A DNA stretch of 64,000 nucleotides, taken from NCBI GenBank assembly GCA_965223905.1, contig CBDCXV010000009.1, forward strand, positions 704,001 to 768,000, written 5' to 3'. The DNA comes from Candidatus Latescibacterota bacterium. GTDB taxonomy: Bacteria; Latescibacterota; UBA2968; UBA8231. Below the pieces are notes generated by a model. That model did not search any database. It saw only the letters and a list, made by a program, of their open reading frames with translations, and had not been told where the DNA came from. Below, piece by piece: positions 47,835-56,448 of this stretch. Each line of letters begins with the position of its first letter. The stretch's first letter is position 1. The position numbers and the translations under genes are program-made.

Positions 47835-48159
47835 AGGGAAAGCCACCCTCGCCGTCGCAGCTGCGGCGGTTCTTCTGGCCGGAGGCGGCTACCTGTTGCA
47901 TGACCAAAGCCAGCCTCCGGAGTTGCCGCCTGACGGACTCGCCCTCTACCGGACCCTGCTGGAGGAGATCCCCGAGGTGGTCAGCGAGGTGCCGTGCGCC
48001 TGTTGCAAACAGACCCTGGCCTGGTGCTACGAGGGAGGCTGTCCCCCTACCTGACGCCAGTGCAACGAAGAAGGCCGTGACGCCTTCGAATGGCACCATG
48101 AAGGAAGGGGGATCGAGGAGATCAAGGAGCTGATCCTGGCGAAGTACTTCGACCAGTAG
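47824..48159 (+). CDS. Candidate selenoprotein, PCYCGC-like membrane-anchored Cys-rich protein with UxxC (UGA at 48052-48054)
   Basis: N-terminal TM; PCACC...LAWCY; frame continues past TGA as RQCNEEGRDAFEWHHEGRGIEEIKELILAKYFDQ* with host-like codon use; SECIS-like hairpin downstream. Confidence 0.78.
48052..48090 (+). promoter_or_regulatory. Putative bacterial SECIS element
   Basis: Stem GAAGGC/GCCTTC (48070-48087) with loop CGTGAC (GU at loop positions 2-3), 21 nt after the UGA. Confidence 0.65.
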
Positions 48160-48264
48160 TGGCCAGTCGTTATCATACCATGGTTGTCGGCTGGTTGGCG
48201 CTGTCGGCACCGGAGGCAGCCGATCACGGAGCGAGCGGCGAAGACCATTGATAGCAAAGAACGG

Positions 48265-49528
48265 ATGAATTCCATACAGGCGGGGGAAGATACCGAGCTC
48301 GAACTGAAGGAGATCGTGTTCCGGGGAGATAGGATTTCCTTTGCCAGGGAGGAAGGACGGGCTGCGTCCAAACTCGCAGAAGTATTCGTCAGCATGGCCA
48401 ACACGAAGGGGGGCGAGGTTGTGATGGGCGTGCCCAACAGCGATCGCATTCCAGTCGGAATCGACCACGAGATGCGCGATCTCCTGGAGCAATTCGTAGT
48501 CAACGTGGCGCTGAACAACTGCAAGCCTATGATCGTACCGGCGTTGAACTGGGAATACCTTCCCGGAGAAGACAGCGTGCCAAAGCTGTGTCTGATTGTT
48601 GAAATCCCCATGTCCAGATTCGATGTACACCAGACGAGCGACGGCCGCTTTCTTCAACGATTGGGAAGTCACCGGCAATCCATCCCTCCGGAACGACTGG
48701 CAGGCCTGCTGAGTGCTCGTCGCCTGACCAGCCCTGTAGAAGAAAGACCGGTTTTGGGCAGCAATCTGGATGATCTGAGCGAGGTTCGCTTGAACCAATA
48801 TTTCCTCGATCGCTTCCCGGACTGGTCCAGGCCCGAGGACTGGGGCTCCACCCTCGTCGACCACAAACTCGCCGTCGAGCTGGACTCGGGTGTGACGCCG
48901 ACGCACCTCGGAGTCTTGCTCTTTGCCGAACTACCAGAGCGGCATTTGAACGGCGCCTGCATCGATCTGGCCGCATATGCCCACGAGGAGCCCGACGGCA
49001 ATACCGTGGACAGCAAGCGGATCGTCGGCCCCGTGCCCGATCAGATCGCCCAGGCGCTGTCGTACATCCGGCTTTCACCCCTGGTTCCGACGCTCTCCAG
49101 GAAGGACGGAGAGGGCCGCATGGACTATCCGAGGTACGTGGAAACGGCTCTACAGGAAGCGGTCGTCAACGCCGTCGTGCACCGGGATTACGAGATCGCG
49201 GGTTCGCAGATCATCATCCGCCTGTTTCCCGACCGGATCGAGTTCCAGAATCCCGGTGCCCTCTACAACACCCTGACCATCGAGAACCTGTACGCGGGCT
49301 GTCAGCCTGTCCGCCGAAATCAGCTTCTGGCGGGATTCATGCGCGATTACAAGAGCGCGCTTACCGGCCGCAGCTATATGGAAGCGAGAGGCGAGGGGAT
49401 TCCTGAACCTGGTCAGGGACAGCCTGCGTCTGTCCGGGCGCCTCCCCAAGCTCGAACAGATCGGGGACGCGACCAAGCTGACGATCTACGCTGCGCGTCA
49501 TGAGGAGTTGGTGAATGATACGGATTGA
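48265..49528 (+). CDS. Schlafen/AlbA_2 + HATPase_c_4 (RecG C-terminal-like) protein; +1 frameshift at the G4 run 49395-49398
   Basis: GEDTELELKE, SMANTKGGEVVMGV, ALQEAVVNAVVHRDY, IEFQNPG and RRNQLLA; removing one G gives EARGEGFLNLVRDSLRLSGRLP...TKLTIYAA to TGA at 49528. Confidence 0.8.
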
Positions 49529-50082
49529 CGACGCACTCCTGCGATGGATGGCAGGGCGAAACATCGGCGTAGGGGGCTCAGGTAGTGGGCACCGAAGCTC
49601 TTCGCGTTGGTGATGCGGTCTTCGCCAGGCGTGATCGCCAGGGCCGGCAGGCTGCCGAACGCTGGGAGCTTCGGGAAGTCCTGGCGGTCGACGGCAGGGG
49701 GGATGTGAGTCACACGTGCCCCACAGGCAACCCGTCCGCTGAAGAGCCTACGATGTGGAACACCCTGGAATCTCAGTGCATCACCAGCGTCAGGACCATA
49801 CCGGCGACCCACCAGGGGATCGCCCGGAAACTGGCCGGCAAACTGGCGGGACGAACCGTGAACCAAAAGAATCTCTTTCGTCTCTACGAGCGATTCTTCG
49901 ATATATCAGTTCCTTCGCTGGGTATCTCCATACTTGCCGACCTGGATCTGCTCGACAGCATGGACCTGGACTGCTACTTGACCGAGTAACAGCCTGGGGG
50001 CCTTCTCGGCCGGGTGACATCCAGATCTTAAGAGATCATGCCGCCAGCCGCATTCTCATCTCCTGCCAATAAAGAAGCCTTG

Positions 50083-50118
50083 AAAACTGACTGAATTAAC
50101 GTAGATTCAGTCAGTTTT
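50083..50118. promoter_or_regulatory. Perfect 14-bp inverted repeat (operator-like) abutting the ATPase start codon
   Basis: AAAACTGACTGAAT-N8-ATTCAGTCAGTTTT, followed immediately by the ATG at 50119. Confidence 0.7.
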
Positions 50119-51270
50119 ATGACTGAAATTTACATACCTCAGGCACAACTGACTCGGCTCGAGCGTTCGGTCGCACCGGGAAAGGTCGTCGTGGTGTACG
50201 GTCCGAGGCGGGTCGGGAAGACCACCTTGATCCGGCGCTACGTTCAGCAGCACGACCGGGACGCCCTCGTGGTGACCGGCGAGGACATCGCCGTGCGCGA
50301 GTACCTGGAAAGCCAGTCCCTTGCCAAACTGAGGGCATTCGTCGGCGGGCGGCGGACGCTGATTGTGGACGAGGCTCAGTACGTGCGCCAGATCGGCCTG
50401 AACCTCAAGCTTCTTGCGGATCACGTCGAAGGCCTCCACATCATCGCCACGGGTTCTTCCTCCTTCGATCTCGCCCGGCAGACTGGCGAGCCCCTGACGG
50501 GTCGGAAATACACGCTGCTGCTTCTGCCCCTGGCCCAGCTGGAGCTCCGGGAAGTGGAAGCAGCCCATGAAACCAAGGCCCGGCTCGAAATGCGGCTGAT
50601 CTACGGGTCCTACCCGGAGGTCGTCCTCATGGAATCAAACGAGGACCGCGAGCTCTACATCAGGGAGTTGGTCGCTTCCTATCTGTTCAAGGACATCCTG
50701 CAGCTGGAGGGGGTCCGGCATACCGACAAGCTGCTGCGCCTGCTCCAGCTGCTGGCTTTCCAGATCGGCCGCGAGGTTTCGGTGTCCGAACTGGGGACCC
50801 GGCTCGGCATGAACAAGAACACGGTGGACCGCTATCTCGACCTGCTGGAGAAAGCCTACGTCATCTACAGCCGGGGCGGCTTCAGCCGCAATCTTCGCAA
50901 GGAGATCACCAAAAGCCGTCGCTACTACTTCTACGACAACGGGATCAGGAACGGACTGATCGGCAACTTCAACCCCCTGTCCCTCCGCGACGACGCCGGC
51001 GCCCTGTGGGAGAACTACATCATGGTCGAGCGGCTGAAGTACAACCTGTACACGGGGCGCCTGGCCGAGAGCCGTTTCTGGCGCACCTACGACCGGCAGG
51101 AGATCGACCTGGTCGAGGAGTGGGGCGGGCGGCTGCACGCGGCGGAAATGAAGTGGTCCTTCAAACCTGGCCGAGCCATCCGTGCGCCCGGCGGTTGGCG
51201 GCAGGCTTATCCCGACAGCTCGTTTGAGGTGGTTCACCCCGGGAACTACCTCGGTTTCATCGCCGGCTGA
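50119..51270 (+). CDS. AAA_14 ATPase + wHTH + DUF4143 protein
   Basis: YGPRRVGKTT, IVDEAQ, ATGSSS, YGSYPE, YFYDNGIRN, GALWENY and QEIDLV...AAEMKW. Confidence 0.9.
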   Translation: MTEIYIPQAQLTRLERSVAPGKVVVVYGPRRVGKTTLIRRYVQQHDRDALVVTGEDIAVREYLESQSLAKLRAFVGGRRTLIVDEAQYVRQIGLNLKLLADHVEGLHIIATGSSSFDLARQTGEPLTGRKYTLLLLPLAQLELREVEAAHETKARLEMRLIYGSYPEVVLMESNEDRELYIRELVASYLFKDILQLEGVRHTDKLLRLLQLLAFQIGREVSVSELGTRLGMNKNTVDRYLDLLEKAYVIYSRGGFSRNLRKEITKSRRYYFYDNGIRNGLIGNFNPLSLRDDAGALWENYIMVERLKYNLYTGRLAESRFWRTYDRQEIDLVEEWGGRLHAAEMKWSFKPGRAIRAPGGWRQAYPDSSFEVVHPGNYLGFIAG

Positions 51271-51594
51271 ACTTGGGCGCGGAAAGGGTCAAGGCAAGGA
51301 AGAGTGTGCCCGAGGTGTTTGCCCGTAAGACCTCTCGGGACGCCCTAGAACACAAGACACCGACCCTGTCAGGCGACGCCCCTTACCCTATCTTCCCCCT
51401 CCATCCGACTCACACCGAGACATGCAGACGATACTAAAGTCTGGAACAGTACATCATGTGGCGCCTGTTCCGGTTCAGGCTCTAGAAATGGGTGAGTTGG
51501 TGAAGGCCAGGGGAGACGATTCAAACAAAGGGCGCCGTGACAAGAAATAGGGCGAAATGACCCCAAAGGGATAGCTGAGAGCGAAGAGTTGCCG

Positions 51595-51841
51595 TTGAGC
51601 CCTGAAGTTCCCATCCGCGAAGGACAGGTTCTGACCGGTCCGCCGTTCAACGCAACGACACTGGACCGTCTGCACGCGGCCTTGCTGCTCCAAGCCAGCG
51701 GCCACGCCAACGCGCTCCGAACGCTGATCGGCGCCGAGCAGGATCGAGACCCCGATTTTCTTCGACTCGCAAACGCTGTATCCGCGCGGCAGTCAGGAAA
51801 AGCGGCTCCTCGACGCCATGCTGCTTGCGGTTCCGAGATAG
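51595..51841 (+). pseudogene. Deletion scar: N-terminus of an SNF2-type helicase joined to the C-terminus of a DUF1156 DNA methylase
   Basis: IREGQVLTGPPFN | ATTLDRLHAALLLQASGHANALR...PDFLRLANA, then in a shifted frame LYPRGSQEKRLLDAMLLAVPR*; recognised from memory of these families. Confidence 0.6.
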
Positions 51842-51871
51842 TCGACCACCCATGAACTACGGAGGGAAGAT

Positions 51872-52123
51872 ATGACGACCAGCGATGAACTTTTGAACCG
51901 CATAACAGCCCGTCCCGAAGTATTCGGCGGCAAGCCCATCGTGCGGGACATGCGGATATCTGTGGAGCTGATACTGAGCCTGATGAGCCAGGGAGCCACA
52001 CAGGAGGAACTCCTGGACGACTACCCTGGGCTGGAATTGGAAGACATCCGCGCCTGCATCGCCTACGCACACACAGTGATAGCTGGCGACACTCTGGCGC
52101 CGGTCTCGGTTGGAGGACGATGA
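51872..52123 (+). CDS. DUF433-family antitoxin-like protein
   Basis: RITARPEVFGGKPIVRDMRISVELIL...ELLDDYPGLELEDIRACIAYA. Confidence 0.9.
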   Translation: MTTSDELLNRITARPEVFGGKPIVRDMRISVELILSLMSQGATQEELLDDYPGLELEDIRACIAYAHTVIAGDTLAPVSVGGR

Positions 52124-52479
52124 GATTCCTTACCGACCGATGCGCCGGGCGGAGGCTGGCAGAGTGGCTGCGCACCAAGGGACACGACGTCGTTGAAGCG
52201 GAGACCCTCGGCCCGGACCCCGGCGACAGGGCATTGCTAGAACGGGCGGGGTCAGAAGACCGGGTTCTGGTCACCGTCGACAAGGACTTCGGAGAACTGA
52301 TCTACCTGCGCCGAGTTGTCCACGCCGGATTGATACTGCTGCCTGACGCTCGAGTGCCCCAGCGGATCGAACTGGTTGAAGCAGTCATCGACCATCACCA
52401 TCAAGCGCTGAAAGAGCGGGCCGTGATAACGATACGCGGTGGGCGGGTTCGGATTTCACACCCGACGGCCTCAGGATGA
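52120..52479 (+). CDS. DUF5615 PIN-like toxin (VapC45/Mut7-C-like)
   Basis: MRFLTDRC...GHDVV...D...EDRVLVTVDKDFGEL; ATGA overlap with DUF433. Confidence 0.88.
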   Translation: MRFLTDRCAGRRLAEWLRTKGHDVVEAETLGPDPGDRALLERAGSEDRVLVTVDKDFGELIYLRRVVHAGLILLPDARVPQRIELVEAVIDHHHQALKERAVITIRGGRVRISHPTASG

Positions 52480-52569
52480 AGCGCTGACCATTCAACGGGG
52501 CCTGCCCTTTGCGATCGTCCAACCGCCTCCTGTTCCCGTCCTCTTTGTGCGTCTGCCGGCTCGCAGGAT

Positions 52570-53424
52570 CGGCTCTGCCCACGAGGTCTACCGGGGCCTC
52601 GACTATTCCAGCGAGATCATCAACGACGGCGTCATAGACGGCACTGTCTTCCTAGGCTTGGATCGCCGGTCGTTCCTGAGCACGGCCTGCGTTAAGCAGG
52701 CCGACATTCAGTCGGTCGTGAACGATGCGGAGGAACTTCAAGAATACAGGCAACGGGCGGCAGCCACTGCGGGCAAAGACGCCACCGCGGCGGCAGCGCT
52801 CACTGCGATTGAAGAATACCACCGGGACACCGTCGGCTCGAACCGGAGCAACAGCACCAAACCGCTCAGAACCGGGACCGTCCGTTTGGAGGACGCACGA
52901 GTTCGCCTCCAGGAGGCCAACGAGGCCCACGCGAATTATTACCAGGAGCGGTCAATAGTTGACAATTTTCCGCCTGATACAGAGGGGTGTGATGTCAACT
53001 TTAGGGTGCTCCCCGTGATACGTAGCCAAGCTAGGGGACCTGGAAGCACTTGAAGCGGAGGCGGGTAAAGCAGAGCGTGACCGGGAAATCGTCGAAGCCG
53101 CGATAAGGTCAAAGGCAGCGGATGAAGCGCAAAGGAAATTTTGACCGGGCACGCGAGTTGAGCGCCAGGCACCCCCATGATCCAGGGCCGGAACATGAAC
53201 AGCAAGGAGAAAAGGTGCAGCAGATCAGGATAGCCCTCTACAGATGGAACAACCGGCCCGCGCCCGTCAACCTCACCGGGCCCAGCGCGGAGGAACTCCG
53301 TCGGCAACTAAACGACCTGCCGCCCATGCCAGGAGGAGACATCGAGCCGCATTCCACTGTCGTAGGCGCAAGGGACGGTTACAACCACGCCCGGCAAAGT
53401 CTGAGAGACCATCTTTGCTGGTAG
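52570..53424 (+). pseudogene. Fragments of a Rad50/SbcC/YhaN-like coiled-coil ATPase
   Basis: DGTVFLGLDRRSFLSTACVKQADI...LQEYRQRAAATAG followed by coiled coil; no Walker A; interrupted by stops; second fragment 53122-53424. Confidence 0.45.
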
Positions 53425-53537
53425 ACCAGCGGAGCCGGAAACCGTAGACACTGGTGGCCAGACCTCTGGGGATATCCGCGCCCTGATTCCAGAACTCAGC
53501 TTACCGTGATATCATTATGTAAACCAAAATTGAGCTT

Positions 53538-54128
53538 ATGACCGTGATGAGTTGTCTGTTGTGGATCTCTCCAGCCTCGGACGTAATCGTAGCCGTTGCG
53601 GCGATAGTGACTGCCTGCATGGCAATCCGGGGATTACAGGTTTGGAAAAGACAAGTCAGGGGACAGTCTGAGTACGAATGTGCCCGAAGGCTTCTCGCCT
53701 CAATCCGTCAGGTGCAGTATTCCTTTGAATCCGCACGTTCACCTTTAGGGTTTACGTCCGAGGGGGAAGGCTTTTCGGGTATGTTCGATGATCGTATACG
53801 CATTATGGACGCGGCGTTTCGTGAGATGCGGACTCATGGAATAAATGCGGAAGTCCTTTGGGGGAGTGAGAAGATTCGGGGATTGCTCGACCCGATTGCC
53901 AAGTGCTGCATGAAGTGGAAAATGAGCGTAGGACGTTATTGTCAATTGGATGCGCAGTATTCGAAGCCCCACCTTCGCCGGGTCATGCCCCCGGAGGTCG
54001 TCCAAGAATATGATAGACTTGAAAAGGTTGTATATGGTGACAGACCAGACGATGTGTTCCACGGTGAATTGCTTGATGCCGTCTCTGAGGCGGAAGCCTT
54101 CCTACGACCCCGGATAGAGGTCAAGTAA
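53538..54128 (+). CDS. Hypothetical protein with N-terminal TM helix, lower GC
   Basis: 196-aa ORF in atypical composition; hydrophobic VIVAVAAIVTACMAIRGL followed by WKRQ. Confidence 0.65.
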   Translation: MTVMSCLLWISPASDVIVAVAAIVTACMAIRGLQVWKRQVRGQSEYECARRLLASIRQVQYSFESARSPLGFTSEGEGFSGMFDDRIRIMDAAFREMRTHGINAEVLWGSEKIRGLLDPIAKCCMKWKMSVGRYCQLDAQYSKPHLRRVMPPEVVQEYDRLEKVVYGDRPDDVFHGELLDAVSEAEAFLRPRIEVK

Positions 54129-54292
54129 GGCCCAGGATGGGCCATCGATTCAGCCGTCGCAAGGCAACCTGATCTTGTGGAAAACCCTGTGAAAAACAAT
54201 AAAGGATTAGGTTTTCCGGTGGACGGTGGATAATCTCAAACTGAGACACTACCCGGCATTGAAGGGGTGACGGCTGCGACGCGACGGGGCGC

Positions 54293-55357
54293 TCATCCGT
54301 CGAGGCTGATCCGGTCCCCGTTCGACAGCAATCCCGCCTCGTAGACCTGCATGACCTCCAGGGCGAATTCAAGGCTTCCCGTGACCGCCGCCTCGCCGGC
54401 CAGTACCCGGTCGCAGAAGTAGCGCATCTCGTTGTAGATCCCCTGCGTGAACAGGGCCTTGTTCTCCAGCGTGGAGATGTTGTTCTGCGGCTCCCAGACG
54501 ATGGCGCCGCTGTCGATGCCTTCGGGGAGATAGCTGGTGATTTGGGCGTACTGAAAGGGAATCCCTCTCTGCACCGTCACCCTGTGGTTGTTGTCTACGG
54601 TGACGCTGCAACCGTCGCCGAAGAAGCTGTAGCGTTCCAGCGGTTGAGCATCCAGCGGCTGCTGGCCGGACCCACCGCTGGACATGTGGAAGTTGCCCAT
54701 GGCGCCGCTGGCAAAATCCAGCACGCAGACGCCGCCGCCCCGCTGACCGCGGTGTACGGTAACGGCGGACACCGCGCCGCCGACTCGCATCATCAGCGAC
54801 AGGGGATGACATCCATTGGCGAGCCAGCCGTTGATTTCCCGCTCGCGCAGCACCTTTTCTGCGTCTTCCGGAACGTCCATCGAGTAGACGGCTAGCATGT
54901 TTCTCAGTGGGCCGTAGCCCTCCATGGCGAGCATTTCGATGACTTTGTCGGCGGCCGGCATGAAAGCCTTTTTGTACCCGACCACGGCCACCCTGTCCTT
55001 GCGGTGTCTGATCATCTCCTCCACCTCGCTGGCGCGCATGGCGGGCGGTTTCTCCATCCACACATGCAAGCCCGCGTCGAATGCCTGACAGGCCAGCTCC
55101 GGATGCAATTGCGGTGACACGCACAGGAACACGGCATCGAGGTCCTCGTTCCGATACATCTGCCGGGCGTTGTCGTAGCAGGCTGTCACCCCGTATTGGG
55201 AAGCGGTCGAACGCATCCGCTCCTCATCGACGTCGCAGATGGCGCGCAGCGTCACCGGCAGAAACGTCATCGTCGGCATGATGTTGCGGTAGGCGTGCGA
55301 GCCGACGCCGACCATTCCCACCCTCAGCTTGTTTTCAAACTCTCTCTGGTATGCCAT
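54293..55357 (-). CDS. Gfo/Idh/MocA-family oxidoreductase
   Basis: [19 protein letters not shown] and NGCHPLS. Confidence 0.9.
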   Translation of the reverse strand: MAYQREFENKLRVGMVGVGSHAYRNIMPTMTFLPVTLRAICDVDEERMRSTASQYGVTACYDNARQMYRNEDLDAVFLCVSPQLHPELACQAFDAGLHVWMEKPPAMRASEVEEMIRHRKDRVAVVGYKKAFMPAADKVIEMLAMEGYGPLRNMLAVYSMDVPEDAEKVLREREINGWLANGCHPLSLMMRVGGAVSAVTVHRGQRGGGVCVLDFASGAMGNFHMSSGGSGQQPLDAQPLERYSFFGDGCSVTVDNNHRVTVQRGIPFQYAQITSYLPEGIDSGAIVWEPQNNISTLENKALFTQGIYNEMRYFCDRVLAGEAAVTGSLEFALEVMQVYEAGLLSNGDRISLDG

Positions 55358-55368
55358 CGATTACTCCG

Positions 55369-56235
55369 TCAGGCGATTTCCGGAATGGCGCGGCGGATGA
55401 AGTCCATGTCCCGCTGCACGATGTCGGCGTAGTCGTAGCCGGCTTTCTTGTCGCCGTGAGAGCCGTTCAGGCAGATCACCGGCGTTGCTCCGTCCGCGAC
55501 CACCTGTCGAGTGATCTCCACGACCGGCCAGGAGGCATCCTCCAGGGACGTTCTCCAGCAAAGGTCCGTGCTCGAGTCGTTGTGCTGCCCGCCCTTCAAA
55601 TGATAGTAGCGGACCAGATGTTTGATCGCCTGGTACACCTCGATCGAGGGAAAAGTCCCCAGCTCCCACAGATTCTGGACGTCCCAGGTGAAGGAGACCT
55701 TGCCGGTCCGGTCCAACTCCCGGAAGAAGCCGAGGATTTCGTTGGGATTGGCCAGGATGCATTGCCCGGTCTCGTTTTCTATCGTGGTGTGGAAGCCTGC
55801 TTCGTGCACTTGATCGATGGCCTCTGCGTACAGGGGAAGGGCCCAGGGATGCTCGGCCTTCAGATAGGCCACGCTGTCGCCCACCGTCGCTCTCCGGGTC
55901 GTCTGGGCCGCCAGGAGCCGGATCATTTCGGGTTGCAGGATCCGGGCAATTTCAATGGTGTGATCGACTTTCCCGAGGTGGTCCCGGCGGAATACCTCCT
56001 CGCCCAGCTCCACTTCGGGTTCGAAGAGCTGGGTCGAAAAGCAATGGACGAAGAGCCCGTGATGTTGAATCAAGTCTCGGGCTCGCAGGGCCTCCTCTTC
56101 GGTCAGGTCCACGATGCGCTTGCCGAAGACCCAGTCTTTCAGGTCCAGGAATTTCATCCCCCATTCCTGATGGCGTTCCAGCGCCTCGGAGAAGTCGCTC
56201 GATGCCATCGTGTTCAGTACGGTCAGGTCAACCAT
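55369..56235 (-). CDS. Sugar phosphate isomerase/epimerase (xylose-isomerase-like TIM barrel)
   Basis: TIENE, TWDVQN and YHLKG metal-site pattern; adjacent to a Gfo/Idh/MocA gene. Confidence 0.78.
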   Translation of the reverse strand: MVDLTVLNTMASSDFSEALERHQEWGMKFLDLKDWVFGKRIVDLTEEEALRARDLIQHHGLFVHCFSTQLFEPEVELGEEVFRRDHLGKVDHTIEIARILQPEMIRLLAAQTTRRATVGDSVAYLKAEHPWALPLYAEAIDQVHEAGFHTTIENETGQCILANPNEILGFFRELDRTGKVSFTWDVQNLWELGTFPSIEVYQAIKHLVRYYHLKGGQHNDSSTDLCWRTSLEDASWPVVEITRQVVADGATPVICLNGSHGDKKAGYDYADIVQRDMDFIRRAIPEIA

Positions 56236-56448
56236 TTGATCCCCGGGGTGTCATCCATTCCACACGACAGGCGCAGACCCGTGGTGAATGCATAGTGGTG
56301 AATGCATGGAAGTATGCAGTGGCCTTTCAGGCTCCTGATATGCCGCGTGCGCTCAGCCGCAAAGCAGCGCAGCAACGGCGTTCCGGCTGGTGATGGCCAC
56401 TTGGGCCAGCCGGAAAATGAAGCCGGACCCAAGGCCGGCGACCCGAGG

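Noticed and set aside
47785-48054. 89-aa ORF ending at TGA as a complete gene or nonsense pseudogene
   Set aside because: UxxC context, clean downstream coding and a SECIS-like hairpin favour recoding; a pseudogene remains the fallback if the genome lacks sel genes
49498-50072. Overlapping ORFs on both strands (49585-49989 +, 49498-49866 -)
   Set aside because: Possibly gene debris, but I cannot assign a family or choose a strand
51271-51594. Possible ncRNA or small gene in the lower-GC spacer
   Set aside because: No recognisable structure or ORF signal
39434-54253. Prophage, ICE or transposon call for the accessory region
   Set aside because: No integrase, transposase, phage or conjugation gene, and no flanking att repeats or tRNA seen
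56281-56307. Tandem duplication GTGGTGAATGCAT x2
   Set aside because: Only two copies; may be a regulator site or junction scar, but no further support
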